A DNA stretch of 64,000 nucleotides from Balamuthia mandrillaris (Eukaryota): the NCBI GenBank assembly GCA_031835245.2, contig JAVKOQ020000078.1, positions 1 through 64,000 on the forward strand. Reading direction: 5' to 3'. Numbering within the stretch: the first letter of the stretch is position 1; each line of letters begins with the position of its first letter. Positions 23,579-37,000 of the stretch are shown here, piece after piece. A program made the translations under genes and the position numbers. Below the pieces are notes generated by a model. That model was not told the DNA's origin. It ran no database searches and saw only the letters and a list, made by a program, of their open reading frames with translations.

Positions 23579-24693
23579 CAGTTGCAGTTGATAACCAGTC
23601 GTCGAGGTGTTCAATTAGTTACCCAATGGCACGATCAACTGTGTAGTTGGAATTTCCCGCAATCATGTCTCGATAAAAGTTCAACAGCTGCAGTTCAACC
23701 AACAAGGACAACGATGCAAAAGAGTTAGCCCAACTGTTTTTTTTTTTTTTGAAAAACATTCCTCTGAGGAGAGCGACAAACTTCACGAACCGTTAACATG
23801 TTCTTGTCATTGCACAACGAACCAAAGAAGGCCGAAACGATTTGATACTTGGCATAAGAAACCCTTTGCGAGGTATGCGCTCCCATAAGAAGCTTCACAA
23901 TGAGTTCGTGTTGGTTGGAAGAGGACACATCCAACTCTGCCAATACCTTCGTCCTCTCCTTTAGCGCCGCATAAAACTCGACAAACGTCAGTGTTCGGTC
24001 TTCCCGGCCCTCAAAGAGTGCATCTATCTCCTCTAACCTGGTCAGCTCTGAGTATTTCTCCTCTTGGTCTTCTTTGTCGATCCCCTTCTGCTTCTCGTCT
24101 TCTTTTTCACTCTCTTGGCTCGCTTCTGATTCGCTGTTGTCGGATGCACTGGTGTCATCGTCTCGGTCGCTGTCGTCTTCTTTCTCCTTTTCTTTCTCCT
24201 TCTCCTTCTCGATTGCCTTCTGTTCATTTTCTTCTTGACTGCGTTTGTTCACTTTTTGGGGGTTGGGAGTATCTACATTGTGCATCGCTGCAAACTTGAT
24301 GAGCGTCTTTTCGGCATCCGTGGGCGTTGTCAGAGTTGGAGCGTCAGAAGAGTCGTTCACGGCAACTGCCTCTTCCTTTGCAATGACGTGAGGCTCTTCT
24401 TCTAAGGATGACCGTTAGTGAGCAACGACAAACAAAAGGACAAAGGAAAAAGTACCATGATCAAGCGGTTGCACTTTGATGGGAGTAGGGGTACTCATTC
24501 TTCTCACCACTTTGAAGTCCTTCGTTGCTTCTTCTTCCCGCAGGATTCCGGGGGAGGCCAGTTTTCTGGGGGTGCTCGTCTCCTCCACGATAATGCTGCC
24601 GTACATCGGATCGATAGCATCCTCGTCATCCCAACCCCACAACGGAGCAGGGTATCTTATCTGTCTCCAATTTCTTTTCCTCAGTGTGCTCAT
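23180..24693 (-). CDS. Hypothetical protein with helical/EF-hand-like region and degenerate C-terminal SH2-like domain
   Basis: Last exon WFMGALLPEEEENLL...TFIVSFG...FVFSY...YKSLAEI follows the SH2 pattern; upstream LTFVEF...VSYAKY...FFG resembles the helical module that precedes amoebozoan SH2 domains. Start inferred at MSTLRK. Confidence 0.55.
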
Positions 24694-24923
24694 TCGTTTT
24701 TTGTTTCTGAAGAACTTCAAAGCGCTGTTTGCCTTTCTTTGATGCTTCTTTTCGCTATTTTTATTCCCACGAGAAGGGCCCAGGCTTGCTCGTTGTTTGG
24801 CCAAACGTTGCTTGTGATCTCCTTTTTCTGTGGATGTGTCGACACTCTTTTTCGTCAACAAAAAAATACAAATATTTTTTTTTGTTTTGATTATTTTTAC
24901 CGGACAAAAGGGAGGGGTCCCTC

Positions 24924-26782
24924 TCAGCCAGCAACGCCAAGAGGAGTGCGGAGGAGCGACTCGTGGGTGGTATCCCTGGAGGTAGTCTTTGGCGCCAAGG
25001 CAAAGCCCGCCTTTCCATTGTTTTTAACATAACAACGTTATGCATGCCGAAGAAAAAATGGTGCTTGTTAGTTAGTTCCACAAAGACGGAACGGAGAAAG
25101 AAAAGCAGAACGAAGAAGAAAAAATACCGTTTTGGTGATGATGATGTCGCCATAGGGTTCTTCTTGTTGCAGATGGACGAGATTGCGGGTCTTGAGGACC
25201 AACATTTCGGCAAAGGTACCCGCCACGACTCTTTTCGACTTGCCCTCCACCATTTCCAACAAACTCAGTTTATCCTCTCCCGCCTTTCGCTTCTCATCAA
25301 ACTCGCGCGTCAAGAAGCGCAACCTTGGAGAAAAAAATATGGAAAACATGAGAAGCAAGAAATGGAGAAAATGACCGGCAGGAGTGGGAGGCGGAAAAGA
25401 AGAACAACAAGAAGCGAAAGAGAGCACATACATTTTAACGGTACGTTCGCTCCATGTTCTGCTATCAGCCACTATGCCACGCTCAAACTCGCGCTCTTCC
25501 TCCTCTCTTGCAGCCTCCTCCTCGCGCGTTATTTCCTCTTCTGGCGGAGGTTCAATCACGGAGAAGGAGGTGTCTGGTTGGAAGGAGAAGTCGATGTGTT
25601 CGCCCGGTTCTTGGCCCATGGCTTGTGGTGTGGTCACGAACCTCTCACCTGGCTCTCGCAGCGGGCTGGGTACTTCTTGCACCGATGGCACGGCGGTGGT
25701 CATGTTGCGAGAAAACAGTGCCATAAGAGCAGGAGATTTTTGCATACCTGAATATTTTTTTTTTCGTTGAGTAACCAGAGCACTAAAGCAGAGGAGAACG
25801 GGAGAACGAGAACGAAATAGCGAAAGAGGAGAGAATGATAGAGAGAGAGAGAGAGAGAGAGAGGAGAACAACCTGCGGAGGTAGGTTGTCTCCAAAGCTC
25901 AGCTTCCGGTTTGTACAAGGCTTCTTTCTCTCTCATGGACCGTTTAGAGGAAGGCTCGGGCTCCAGGTTGCGAACAATATCGCTAGTATCTTTTAAATGG
26001 TCCCGCATTTCACTGCCAAGTGAAGAAGTAATAGCGGCAGAGAAACGAGTTAAACGGAGCAATAGTTAACATATAATAGAAACGTACGCTGCGCTCATCA
26101 TAGTGGCTTTGTCAATGGGCACTCGCCGCACCTTTTCGATTCTCTTCCTCTTTTCACCTCTTCGTGTTGGGCTTTGTCGAAGCAGTTCCTCAGGAATGAC
26201 TGCTGATGGTTTGACTGCAAGGAGGAGACAGAGACAAACATACAGATATCATATATGTTTGAGTACAAGTTTTGAAACGTAAATAACGGACGTAAATGTA
26301 ACTTACTTGGTGTAACAGGACCCACAGGTTCCTCTCCAACTCTAGAGATATGAGGAGTGTCGATAGGAGGTTCGTCCGGCAAAAAGGTTTGGTCCTGCTC
26401 AAAACTGAAATCGGGTCCTGCTGTTGTAGGAAATCTAATAACAGCAGGCAACAGAAAGGAAAAGGTGTTAGCCTCCACCAAGAAGAAGCACAGGAAGAAC
26501 ATACTCGCCAAAGCCTCGATCGTCACCATACGGCGAAATTAATGGAGCGGCCTCCTCCGCTCGGGGGGCTTCAGGGGTGGCAGGAATGCTCGTGTGGATG
26601 ACGGTGCTGAAGGCTTCGTCATCTGCGCCCATCAAACCCTCAAAAAGCTTTTCAGAATCAAACTGCGAGGCACCCTCAGCAGAGGGAGTGAATTCCTCCT
26701 GCTGCAACGTGATGGCAATACGGTCACGCACAACATTTAAGCTTAAAAGGTCCTCCTCAGCAGGTAAGCTAAGGGAAGAGAG

Positions 26783-26827
<45 letters not shown>

Positions 26828-27455
26828 ACAGAACAAGATTGTCAGCATTTATCCTACAAGTCCAAAAATAGAGCCATTTTTCACTTTCACCGCAGGAGAC
26901 GTACCTCAGTTCTGCTTCAGGTAGAGTGATTTCGTGGTCAAAAAATGTTTCCGGCAAAGTAATGGTAGCCAGTGGAGCTACTTCAGCTTCTGGAGCCAAG
27001 TCCACATCGCCTGGACGAAAGGCCTAAATAAAAGAGGAATGGAATGAGAAAGGGTAATAAGATTTCTCAACAATTTTGTTTTGAAAAAAGGTTACCATTT
27101 TGATTTTCACGAGAGCATCACTGCAGTCATTTAAGAGGTAGTGGACCTTTCGAGAATAAATGCGAACCACACCCAAAAGCAAATGTCCTCTCATGCGAAG
27201 TGCCATCGGCACCGTAGGATTGATGATCGTTTCTTCGTGTGTTGCGGGCGAAAAAGAATCACGCAAAATCAGTTTCATCACAAAACGAAAATAAATAATA
27301 AATGAAATAAGAATACAGAGCAAGTCCTCACCGATAGAGTCCGTTAGATCAGTGGAATAGATTTCTGTCTTGGACAGCTTTTTGTCCCAGTGGGCCGCCA
27401 GCCATACTTTTCCCAACGGCCCTTTCTTGGCCAACACAAACTGGGAGTAAAACAT
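24924..27455 (-). CDS. RAD21: Cohesin kleisin subunit Rad21/Scc1 (multi-exon; last exon inferred)
   Basis: [51 protein letters not shown]-terminal winged helix [15 protein letters not shown]...[10 protein letters not shown]. Confidence 0.95.
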
Positions 27456-27832
27456 CTCGATGCCTCACGCCTCTTCTCTCTCTTTTCTTCTGCCGATGGA
27501 TGATAAGAAGAAGCCTGCAGTCAAAGACCAATCCCCCTCCCAAAAAAAAAAACCCTTGCCTTGCCGATGTTCACTACCTCGTGCTACTTCTTCTTGTTCC
27601 GCTACGTCGTTTAGCCCCAAACCGCTTTTTTTTCTTTTTTGCCGCCAAAAAAATTTTTGGTACCCTTTTCTCTCACCCTCGTTGCAGGAATTTTTTCCAG
27701 GAAATTTTTTCAGCAGCATTTCGAGCCGTTAGAAAATTGATCGAAAAAAATAGAGAGGAAGAACCTGTTGGTTGACTGTGTGGAGGAGGAGTGAAAAAAA
27801 GGGCGGCGCTGCGGCGGGGTGCTGAAAGAACC

Positions 27833-30285
27833 ATGGCACACAATGAATACAAGGTTAGCCTTTTTTATTTAACACGTTTTCGCTTTGTTGGCCTTCGTTG
27901 CTCACCCATGGCTGGTTTTATCCTCTTTTCTCCCATCGGTTTTGTGTAGGTGGACTACGCGAAGACAAGTCGCTCTTCTGTGCGTTTTTTTTTTAAACCC
28001 TCTACCTCCATTTTTTTTTTGAGGAAACATTTCTGTTGAGCTGAATGAAAACCGTGCTTTTTCTTTGTAGTGCAAGTTGGCGGCTTGCAAGCAAAAGATT
28101 GAAAAGGATACGGTGCGAGTGGGTAAGATTCACCCTTCTGATAGGTTTACCGAAGGAGGCACTATGACGGACTACTTCCACCCAGAGTGCATCTTCCAGG
28201 TTTGGTTCTCTTGACAGCATTGCGGTGGAAAACCTTCTAGAGAGCTCAAACATGACTTCTTTGTGAATGCAAACAACAGAGCTTCAAACGAGCCAGAAAG
28301 CAAACCAAGAAAATAGAGTCTGAAGACGATTTGCAAGGCTTTGAGGAGCTTAAACCAGAAGACCAAGAAATGTTTCGTGATCTCATTGCAGGTTTGTGCA
28401 AAAAAACAGTTCTGTTCTTCTGGGCTTACTTCTTTTTCATTGCTTTTGTTGTGCAGCGGCAACTGAAGAAAGCAAAGGCGCTCAACCCAAGACGAAAGCT
28501 AAGAGCAAAAAGGTGGGGCCAGTTCTTCCGACTGCTCCAGTAACACCCGCAACCTCAAAGCCTGCGACACGCACCACTTCCACAACACAAAGCACCAAGC
28601 AACAACACAAAGCACCAAACAAGGTGCGGGTATTCCGAGCTCGTCTGCTGCGTGAGGATGGAGATGCGGAACCTATTTACCTGGAAGACCAGTCCACGTT
28701 ACTTGGAAGAGGAGATCTAACTGGCGTAACAGACAAACGCTGTTCCAGAAAGCAAGGTATGGTATCCAGTGCCGATGCATTGCACAATCCTCACTTCCTG
28801 AGTCTTCTTATCAGTTGAGCTAGTACTGTCAGAAGAGGATGAAACAGTCACTCTCATTATAGTATGTAATGTTCCTTCAACCGGCCTTCTTTCCAACGAA
28901 AGAGAGGAGAAGAAGAACAACGACATGTTGTTCTTCTTGCTCTCCTCTCCCTCTCCCTCTCCCTCTCCCTCTCCTCTCCCTCTCCCTCTCCCTCTCCCTC
29001 TCTCTCTCCCTCTCCCTCTCTCCCTCTCCCTCTCTCCCTCTCTCCCTCTCCCTCTCCCTCTCCCTCTCCCTCCTCTCCCTCTCTCCCTCTCCCTCTCCCT
29101 CTCTCTCTCTCCCTCTCCTCTCCCTCTCCTCTCCCTCCTCTCCTCTCTCTCCCTCCCTCTCCCTCTCCCTCTCCCTCTCCTCTCCCTCTCTCCCTCTCCC
29201 TCTCCCTCTCCCTCTCCCTCTTCCTCTCCCTAACTGTCCATTGGTTATAGCATGGCACCAATCCCACTGTTACATACAGGCCAGCAACAACCGGCGTTTG
29301 GGAACAACTATCCCAAGGAGATAAACGAGTGTTAAACAGCGATGATCGGTTCGCCCTTCTCTTTGGAGAGTTTGACTTTAGGCTCCAAACTCGGGTCGAC
29401 TATGTAGAGGAAGAGGACGAACCAGAGGGAGAGGAATCCCACGCATCCGAGTCTGGCAGCGAAAAGCAAGAAACCAAACTTTCAACACCCATAACTACAA
29501 CAAAGACAATAGGCAAACGCAAGCTGAAAACCAGCGATGATGAAGAAGGAGGACCAAAGCCCGAAGGAAAAGCAACCGCCAACAAACCATCCAACAAGAA
29601 AGCCAAAACAACACCAAGTACCACAACACCAACGTCTGCCTCACCGCGGCCTAAGAGAGCTGCTGCCAAGAAACAACAACAAAAGAAGAAGCGGTCTGGA
29701 GAGATAGACTCTGATGATGACGGCCAACCCAACGAGTATGACCCCAACGACGGCTTTCTAGTGGCTGACGATGACCCAATCGCCGACTTTTCGGACTATG
29801 GAGAGGATGATGATGATGACGACTTCAAACTCACGCTCAAAGACGCCCACCGGTTCATTAGGGACCACCAAACTAGAGGTGTTTCAGGTGGAGCAAGTGC
29901 AGGGCATGACAAACCAGCTTGCATGTATGGAAAGTCATGCTACCGAAAAAATCCGCAGCACCTGAAAAACTTTTGGCACCCTCCGAAGGATGATGATGAA
30001 GGAGAGCAATCAAGCCAGAGCCCAACGAAAACAAAAAAGGCGGGGAAAGCGGAACACAGCAATAGTAATCGTCACGCAACCTCGAGACCTGGGGAAGTTG
30101 CCAAGGATGACACAGGGCACAAGGAAAGGGAAGATAAAGAGGAAGAACGAACTGTTTTGACGCTAAGCCGCTTGCCAATCTTCAAAAACTTGGACCTGGC
30201 AATCATTAGGGACGTACTGCACGCCAACAAAGGGGAAATGAGTCCCACGCTTTCCGCCCTTAAAGAGATGGTAGGACAATCTTAG
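27833..30285 (+). CDS. APLF-like DNA-repair protein: PARP-type zinc finger, FHA, acidic histone-chaperone motif, PBZ, CUE-like domain
   Basis: YAKTSRSS|CKLAAC...IEK...FHPEC (zf-PARP); LGRGDLTGVTDKRCSRKQ (PNKP/APLF FHA); GQPNEYDPNDGFL...KDAHRF; CMYGKSCYRKNPQHLKNFWHP (PBZ); FKNLDLAIIRDVLHANKG (CUE-like). Confidence 0.85.
28940..29231. repeat. ~290-bp pure polypyrimidine (CCCTCT/CT) intronic tract
   Basis: Only C and T on the + strand over the interval. Confidence 0.95.
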
Positions 30286-31292
30286 GGCAATTATGGAGTG
30301 CAGGGGTTGGTTTTCCATGTTTTAAAAAACAAAAAATTGGCGAGATTCCCATGCCCTCCTTTTGTAAATGGTACATTTTGGCGAAACATTCTGTTAATCC
30401 CTGTTCCGATACTTTCCTAATCCTTCGGTTTAGATGCCGACCCGCCCAATCACACGGGGAAATGATGATAAAAGGAAAAATATAATAAAGTATTTTGGAA
30501 CTGGAATTCTATCGTAGTCCTTTCTTTTCTTCGATCGTCTGATAAAAGGAAAAATCCATAGTTACTTGGTAACTTTCGCCCACGTGCAGCTCCGGTAGCC
30601 CAGAAAAGCGGACTAATAAGGAAGCCCTACCGGTTCGTTAATTACTGGCTATGAGCCGATGCAGAACTCACTACGACCTATCTAGAGCCAATTTTGTTTC
30701 CGCGCAACGATAAACAAGGACAAAATAAAAAACCGCTTGGAAATATTTTGGGCGAACCAAACCGCAGAAAAAAAACAACACGTAACCAAGGAAGAGCTTG
30801 TAAGGCATCGGGGTTAAGGGACGCTGCACCTTCAAGGTCGCCCCGTTTTGTTTGTGTTTGTTTTTTTTTTTTTTTGGGTGTGGGTTTGTTTCTTGCAGGC
30901 AGGTCGCTGCATCGACCCCGCCAAACTCCTTGTTTCTTTTTCTTTTTTTTCATCTATATTTTCCCCTTGTATATTTATTTTTTTTTGGCACACGCCGCCT
31001 CTTCTTCCTTGTGGTCGGGTCTACGCCAAAAGGTTTGATTGTTTTGACATTCTGTGCTCTTCTTGTTCTTTTTTTTGCATCTGTTACCTCTCTCTTTTTT
31101 TCCCCCCCTATTCTAACTACCGTTTTTTTGTTCCTTTTCTTCTCTCCTCTCCTCCTTCTCCTCTTTACTTTGGTGGTTGTTAGTTTATTTTTTGGCTCTC
31201 TCCCTCTCTCCCTCTCCTTGCAATCCAAACAGCACCAAACGGACAAGGATTTTTTTTTCGAAAAAAAAAAACAAAAAAAAAAAAAGAAACAA

Positions 31293-33677
31293 ATGGGCTT
31301 CAACGAAGCAGAAACCAGTTCCCACTGGTCATCAGGGGCAGCCTCCGAAGGCGAACCCAACCAGTCTGCTTTGGATCATCTTGCACCTCCCTCTTCTTCT
31401 ACTTCTCCCTCCCCTCCTGCTTCTCCCTCGCATCCCAGATCATCCACATTTTCAAATCTTGTCCACCGCGACTTGAACAGGATCAAGACCCGCAAAAGAT
31501 CGATGAGCGCCTGGGAGGAGGCCGAGCGCCTGGAGAGGAAACGAACAGAGCCCGTACGAGCCTGCCCCGACACATGGCAACTGCAGTTTTGGCACAAATA
31601 TTTAGGCTGGCTCTTCTTCAGCGATAAGTGGTACTCCAAGTGGATTGGCTTCCTTTTTGTGGCTCCCCTCACAGAGCTCACAGGCCTCAGTCTCCACTAT
31701 CAACTCTACCTTTTTGAGATTTTTCACACCAGTTTTATGTACGTTGTTCCCCCTCCTGCTTTCTCTTCTGGGCCACCCTCTTCTCTGTTGCGATCCATTG
31801 GATTGTCAAAGCTGTCTGGTTTGGTTTGAATAACTGATTTTTGTTTATTTTATGGTTTTGGAACACAGTTGTCGCTTGTGCCACTTCATCTGCATTGTAC
31901 GTGGTTTTCTTTCTCACCCCTTCCTTCCCCTCCTCCCCAAAACTCCCCGCATCACGAACTGACCATCATCTTTTACTTTTCGCAATCATTTTTGGAATTT
32001 CCGTCAATAATCAGCCCCTCATCAATTTCTTTTTGTTTTGTTTTTGTGGATCTCTATGGACCGACATCGGGGAGGAGCGGGAGGTCAACTACGTGATGTG
32101 GAGCGCCTCCGTGTTTGTGGCCCTCTATCTCGCCGGCTACTACATCGTTTGGGGCTTTCTCCAACGAGATTACATGTTTGGGGTAAATTCTACTTTCTTG
32201 TTTTCATTCCTCCATTTTTAATTTGTCTTTAACGAACGAGTATCCTTTACTGGCATAGATCTTCACGGCGCCGGTAGTGCTGGCCTTTTGGATGCATTCT
32301 AACATTTACATCTCTAAGTTTCGCCATATGGACGGAGAGGAGCATGCCTGGTATGATCCCACTCCCTTGCCTTACAACCCTCTCCTGTGGTTAGCCATCT
32401 GTGGCTATGCCCTGAGCATCAGTCACGGCATGGAACGTACGTTCTCTCTCCCTATCTCTCTCCTCAGTTGCTTATATTTGTCGTTGCAACCACAGCATTG
32501 TTGCCGCCTAGAGTTAACTACACTCCACACTGGACGAGCATGGCCCAATGGCTGAAGAGCAAGGGCCTCATTCGTGGTTACGGCACCCTATTCATGATGT
32601 CCTTCATGGGCACCATCGATGAGGTTTGTACTTCTCTATCCCCTCCCCCCTCCTCTCTCTCTCTCTCTCTCTCTCTTTCGCCAGGCTAACAATGTCTTTT
32701 TTCAAAAATAGTTGATGGCGTCTCCTCGCCTTTTCCCAATTCTGTTCCTTAAGGTGATGTACCTTTTGGGCTACCGCCCCGACCAGTGGAAGGACATGCG
32801 GAAGATTGTCAAATGGTCTTCCAAATACGGTATACACTCGTGCTCTCTCTCTCTCTCTCTCTCTCTCTCCCTTCCCTCGCTAAACTAATTCTTTTGTTAA
32901 ATAAACACAGGAAACCCATCGTTGGACTTTATGGGACGTGGAGGAACCATGCGTCAATCCCCAGAGAGCATCGACGAAGTCAAGGTTCGCTGCAAGCTGC
33001 TCAAGAGGGAGCTCTCCTCTCCGGACCTCACCAAGTCCCCTGGCCTTGGTCTCAGCCTGCCCTCCAGCCCCATGCCTCCCAGGCACTCTTCTTCGCGTAC
33101 TTCTTCGACCAAAGATTCTGGCTCTAGTTCTGATGCCAGTTCTACTTCGAGCTCCAGTAGCTCTAGTCCTAGCTCGAGTGCGAGCAGCAGCAACGCTGCA
33201 AGTCCCTCCAAGTCCTCCAGGCCCAAGGCTCCCTCGCTGCGCGAGATTGCAGAGAAGAGGAAGAAAGAGGCTGAAGCCCGTCAGGAGGAACTGGATGCCC
33301 TGCAGCACCTCTTGGCCCGGAACAAGCTCACAAAGTATACCTACGGCGCCTTTGTGGATGACTTTAACGGTTAGCTCCTCTCCTTTTTCCTTACATTATT
33401 TATTGATTTTGTAAACTAATGCCGCATCTTTTGTTATTACCTGATAGCTCGGAACAAGTTTGATAGCAAGTTGGAGCGAGACTATCCAGGAGACAGCAAC
33501 CGCTCCTTCAAGAGCTTCCTTCATCTGGTGCGACGCGACCTCGACACAAGGGACATCCAACAGCGCTCCCTCTCCCTCTCCGGCCCGATAGCCAGGGTAA
33601 GAGCCACCCACGCCAAGCGTGCCGCCAGCAGCCAACACCTTTTCAACTCCTCTCCTGGACGGTCCAAAGAAGAGTAG
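31293..33677 (+). CDS. Uncharacterised multi-pass membrane protein with Ser-rich C-terminal region (multi-exon)
   Basis: Coding-like exons with several aromatic-rich hydrophobic helices separated by GT-AG introns; no family recognised. Confidence 0.65.
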
Positions 33678-34058
33678 ATGGACACAAAAAAAAACTTTTT
33701 TTTCAACTTCTCCCTTTCGCGGCCTCCATTGGACCAACAACCTCTACTGTAAAACTGTACGAAGCTTTGCTACTTTACTCCTTCAACGACTTTAAAGCGA
33801 GCTGCTGTATGCTGCCTTTCTTCTGTCAACCAAAAACGAAACTACAACGCAACAACAACACAAGAGCTACCAACGTTTTTGACGTTGAAAAAACAACAAC
33901 TGAAAACAACCCAACGCCAGAGTGGAATTGTAGATCAGCGCCTCCTTTCCTTTATTTTATTTTTCTACCTCTTCTGTTTAGTGTATTTTGTGTAAAGGAT
34001 TTGAAAAAGACAAAAAAATCTTGTGTTTTGTTTCGTTACAAATGCTCTCTCTTCTCTT

Positions 34059-37000
34059 TCAGGATAGAGTAATGATGCGCACTGTGTTGTCAAGAGAGCC
34101 AGTTATACACACGTTGTTGGTTGGATGCCAATCCACCGTCATCACCGCTTTGCCGTGTCCTTGTAACCGCAACAGCGGTTCTGATTTGCCCGCCTTTGCA
34201 AAAGATGAGCAAGAGAGAACAACAAAAAAAAAAAAAGGAGGAGGAGAGCAGGAGGGGACAAGAGAGAGAGAGAGAAGCGAGCAGGACGAGATTAGAAGCC
34301 TAGAAGAGGAGAGGAGAGTACCTGGTAGATAAAGGCAGAGTTGACTTTGCCTCCGACAACAAATTGGTTGCCTTCCCAGTTGAATGCTATGTCAGAGGGA
34401 CCACTTTCCTCCCAATTGTAGGAGTTGACTTTTTTGCCAATGTTATGTATACTCCATTCATGGATCTTGGATCGCGTAGAAGAGAAGAGAGTAAGAAGTT
34501 ATAAGAGATCAAAAATCATGATTAAAAAAAGAAGAGAAAAGAGGGAGGAACCTCATTTGTGGTGCCAAGGGTGAAAATGGCAGTTTCATCTCTGCTAAAG
34601 CGAACACACGACAATTCAGTGGGGTCGGCTTGCCACTGCATAATTGGCGTGCTGGAGCTCATCATATCGTACACACGAACGATGCCATCCCTCCCTCCAG
34701 TCAGCAATAGAGAGCCGTTGTGATTGAACTCTACACTGTTGATGGCTATTCCGTTCTCCAAATTAAGCTTTCTCTGCACAGACACAATACAACATCAGCA
34801 AAGGAACACATACAACAAGAGGGGGTAACCCACTTGAAGCTGCAAGGTTCGCAGGTCCCAAACGCTAACTTCACCAGAAGAACTCTGCGACAAGGAGCTG
34901 GTTGCACTGACGAACACTGCATCGCTAGGGCTACACGCTAAGTCCAATACCCTACACACGTTTTCAGTTTCAGTCTCTATGTCCATATCTTGAAGTAAGA
35001 GAAGAAGAGAATAACCTGGGGTAATCGATTTCGGTTACAATGTCGCCAACAACCTTTTCGCTGGATGAGTTCCAGAGCTTGATCCTGCCATCGGAAGTAC
35101 CGCACAATAACTGTAGATATCTCCATTAACGAGCGTATAGCAAGAAGAGAGCAGGAGAGCAAGAGAGGAGACAAAGTACCAATCGGTCGGCTTTGGTCTC
35201 CCAAGCAAGTGATAGAATTTCAGAGAAGCAAAACAATGTGGCGTTGCGCGGTTCTGCTGTCTTACTGTTGACCGACCATATCCTACCGTGGGAATTAAGG
35301 ACAACAAACATTAGACTTTTTTTAAAAAATGAAAAAAAAATGCACGAAAAGGAAGTGGTGCGCACCTGACAGTACCATCGGTGGAACCGCTGGCGATGTA
35401 CTCCCCCGAAGAGGAGAAACGACACCTAGAGACAGGTGCGGCATGCCCAGTGAACATCTTCTCAGTGACGATCTTCCCCACCTGCTTCACGCGGGTGATG
35501 GGAGACCCTCTTCCTCCCAATGTTACTGAAGATGCTGGCGGTGAGTCAACGCTACTGCTTGAAGGGGCGTCCTCGTCAGATTGTTGCAAGCTGTGACGAC
35601 CGGAGGAGAGAGTGTAGTCTTCATCCTCTTCTTCATCTTCCTCTGCACTGCCGCTGGGTAAGGGCGCGTACATTGGTGCTCTGTTGTTGAGATCTCCATC
35701 TCCTGCGCTAACTCGTAATGCTTCAGTGCTGCCTTTCGTTCCTTTTCTGCCGCCCCCAATCTCCAATTCCTTTTCATGGTTGTCGGGAGAATGTGCAACT
35801 GAAATTGCCCAAGAATGAGAAGAGAATATTGATATAACAGGAAGAAAGAAAAGAAAGAGGGAATGTGATATACATACCTTCTATACGTTCTCGTCTTGTG
35901 GTGCGGATGGAAGATTGTATAGCTTCAGAGCCCCATCTGCTTCTTGTTTGTCGCATTCGTTGTTCTAGCGAAGAAAACAAAAATGAAACAAAAATGAAAG
36001 AAGAGAATGAGTTCCAAAAAACTGAACAAAAAAACAAGCCTAAAACTTTCAGTGATGCTAACAAACCAGCTTCCTGTATTCTTATTCTGGCCTTGTTAAT
36101 AGACTCATTGGGAATGGCTTTTAACAAAGGTGGATTATTCTTGTCTGTTTTTTCTACTTGATGTGTTATTTGCCCTCTTGACTTCAAATGGAAACAATAA
36201 AAGAAAGGCATTAGGCATTAGAATAGAAATGTTGGAGGGAGGGAGGGAGGGAGGGAGGGAGAGAGAGAGAGAGAGAGAGAGGAAAGAGAGGGAGGAAAAG
36301 AGAGAAAGAGAAACCCGTTTGAGCGTTTCTAGCGAGTCTGTGGTCTCGTCCAACTCACTTTTGAGTCGATGGATCTCGTTGCGAAGGTACTCAATCTCGC
36401 TTTCCATTTGCTTTCTTCGGAGCCGCTCTATATTGAAGTTCAACAGTTTTGGCAGACCTATTTGTTTTCAAAGTTAAGGACCGGAAACAAATTGCCATAA
36501 CGAGAGAAAGAGGCACAAACTCATGTTGTGAAAAATAGAGGAGAGAAAGTTATGAAGCGAAGCAGAAAACGTTTCTTTCCACTTTCTCTGAAAGAACGGT
36601 GAAAATGTTTCGTCTGCTTCGGGATTCTTCATGTATGGCAGCACTATTATTGGAGACCATGGTAAGATAAGATTGAATAAGAACAGACAAAAGAATATAG
36701 ATAACACAATGAAGAAACAGAACAAGAAAAGAAAAGGAGGAGGCTTCCAATGTGAGAAGCAACGCACTAAACCAGGGTTTCCACTCTTGATCCAAACAAA
36801 GGGAATGTCCATATTTCTCATAGAACTCCTTTTATAAGAAGAACACAATGAGAGAGGGAGAAGAAGAGAGAATGAGAGGAGAAGAAAGAGAAGAAGAGAT
36901 GAGAATGAGAGAGGGAGGAGAAGAGAGAATGAGAGGAGAAGAAAGAGAAGAAGTGGAGAAACGAGGAACAGAATGGTGAGAAGAGACATACAAAAACTTT

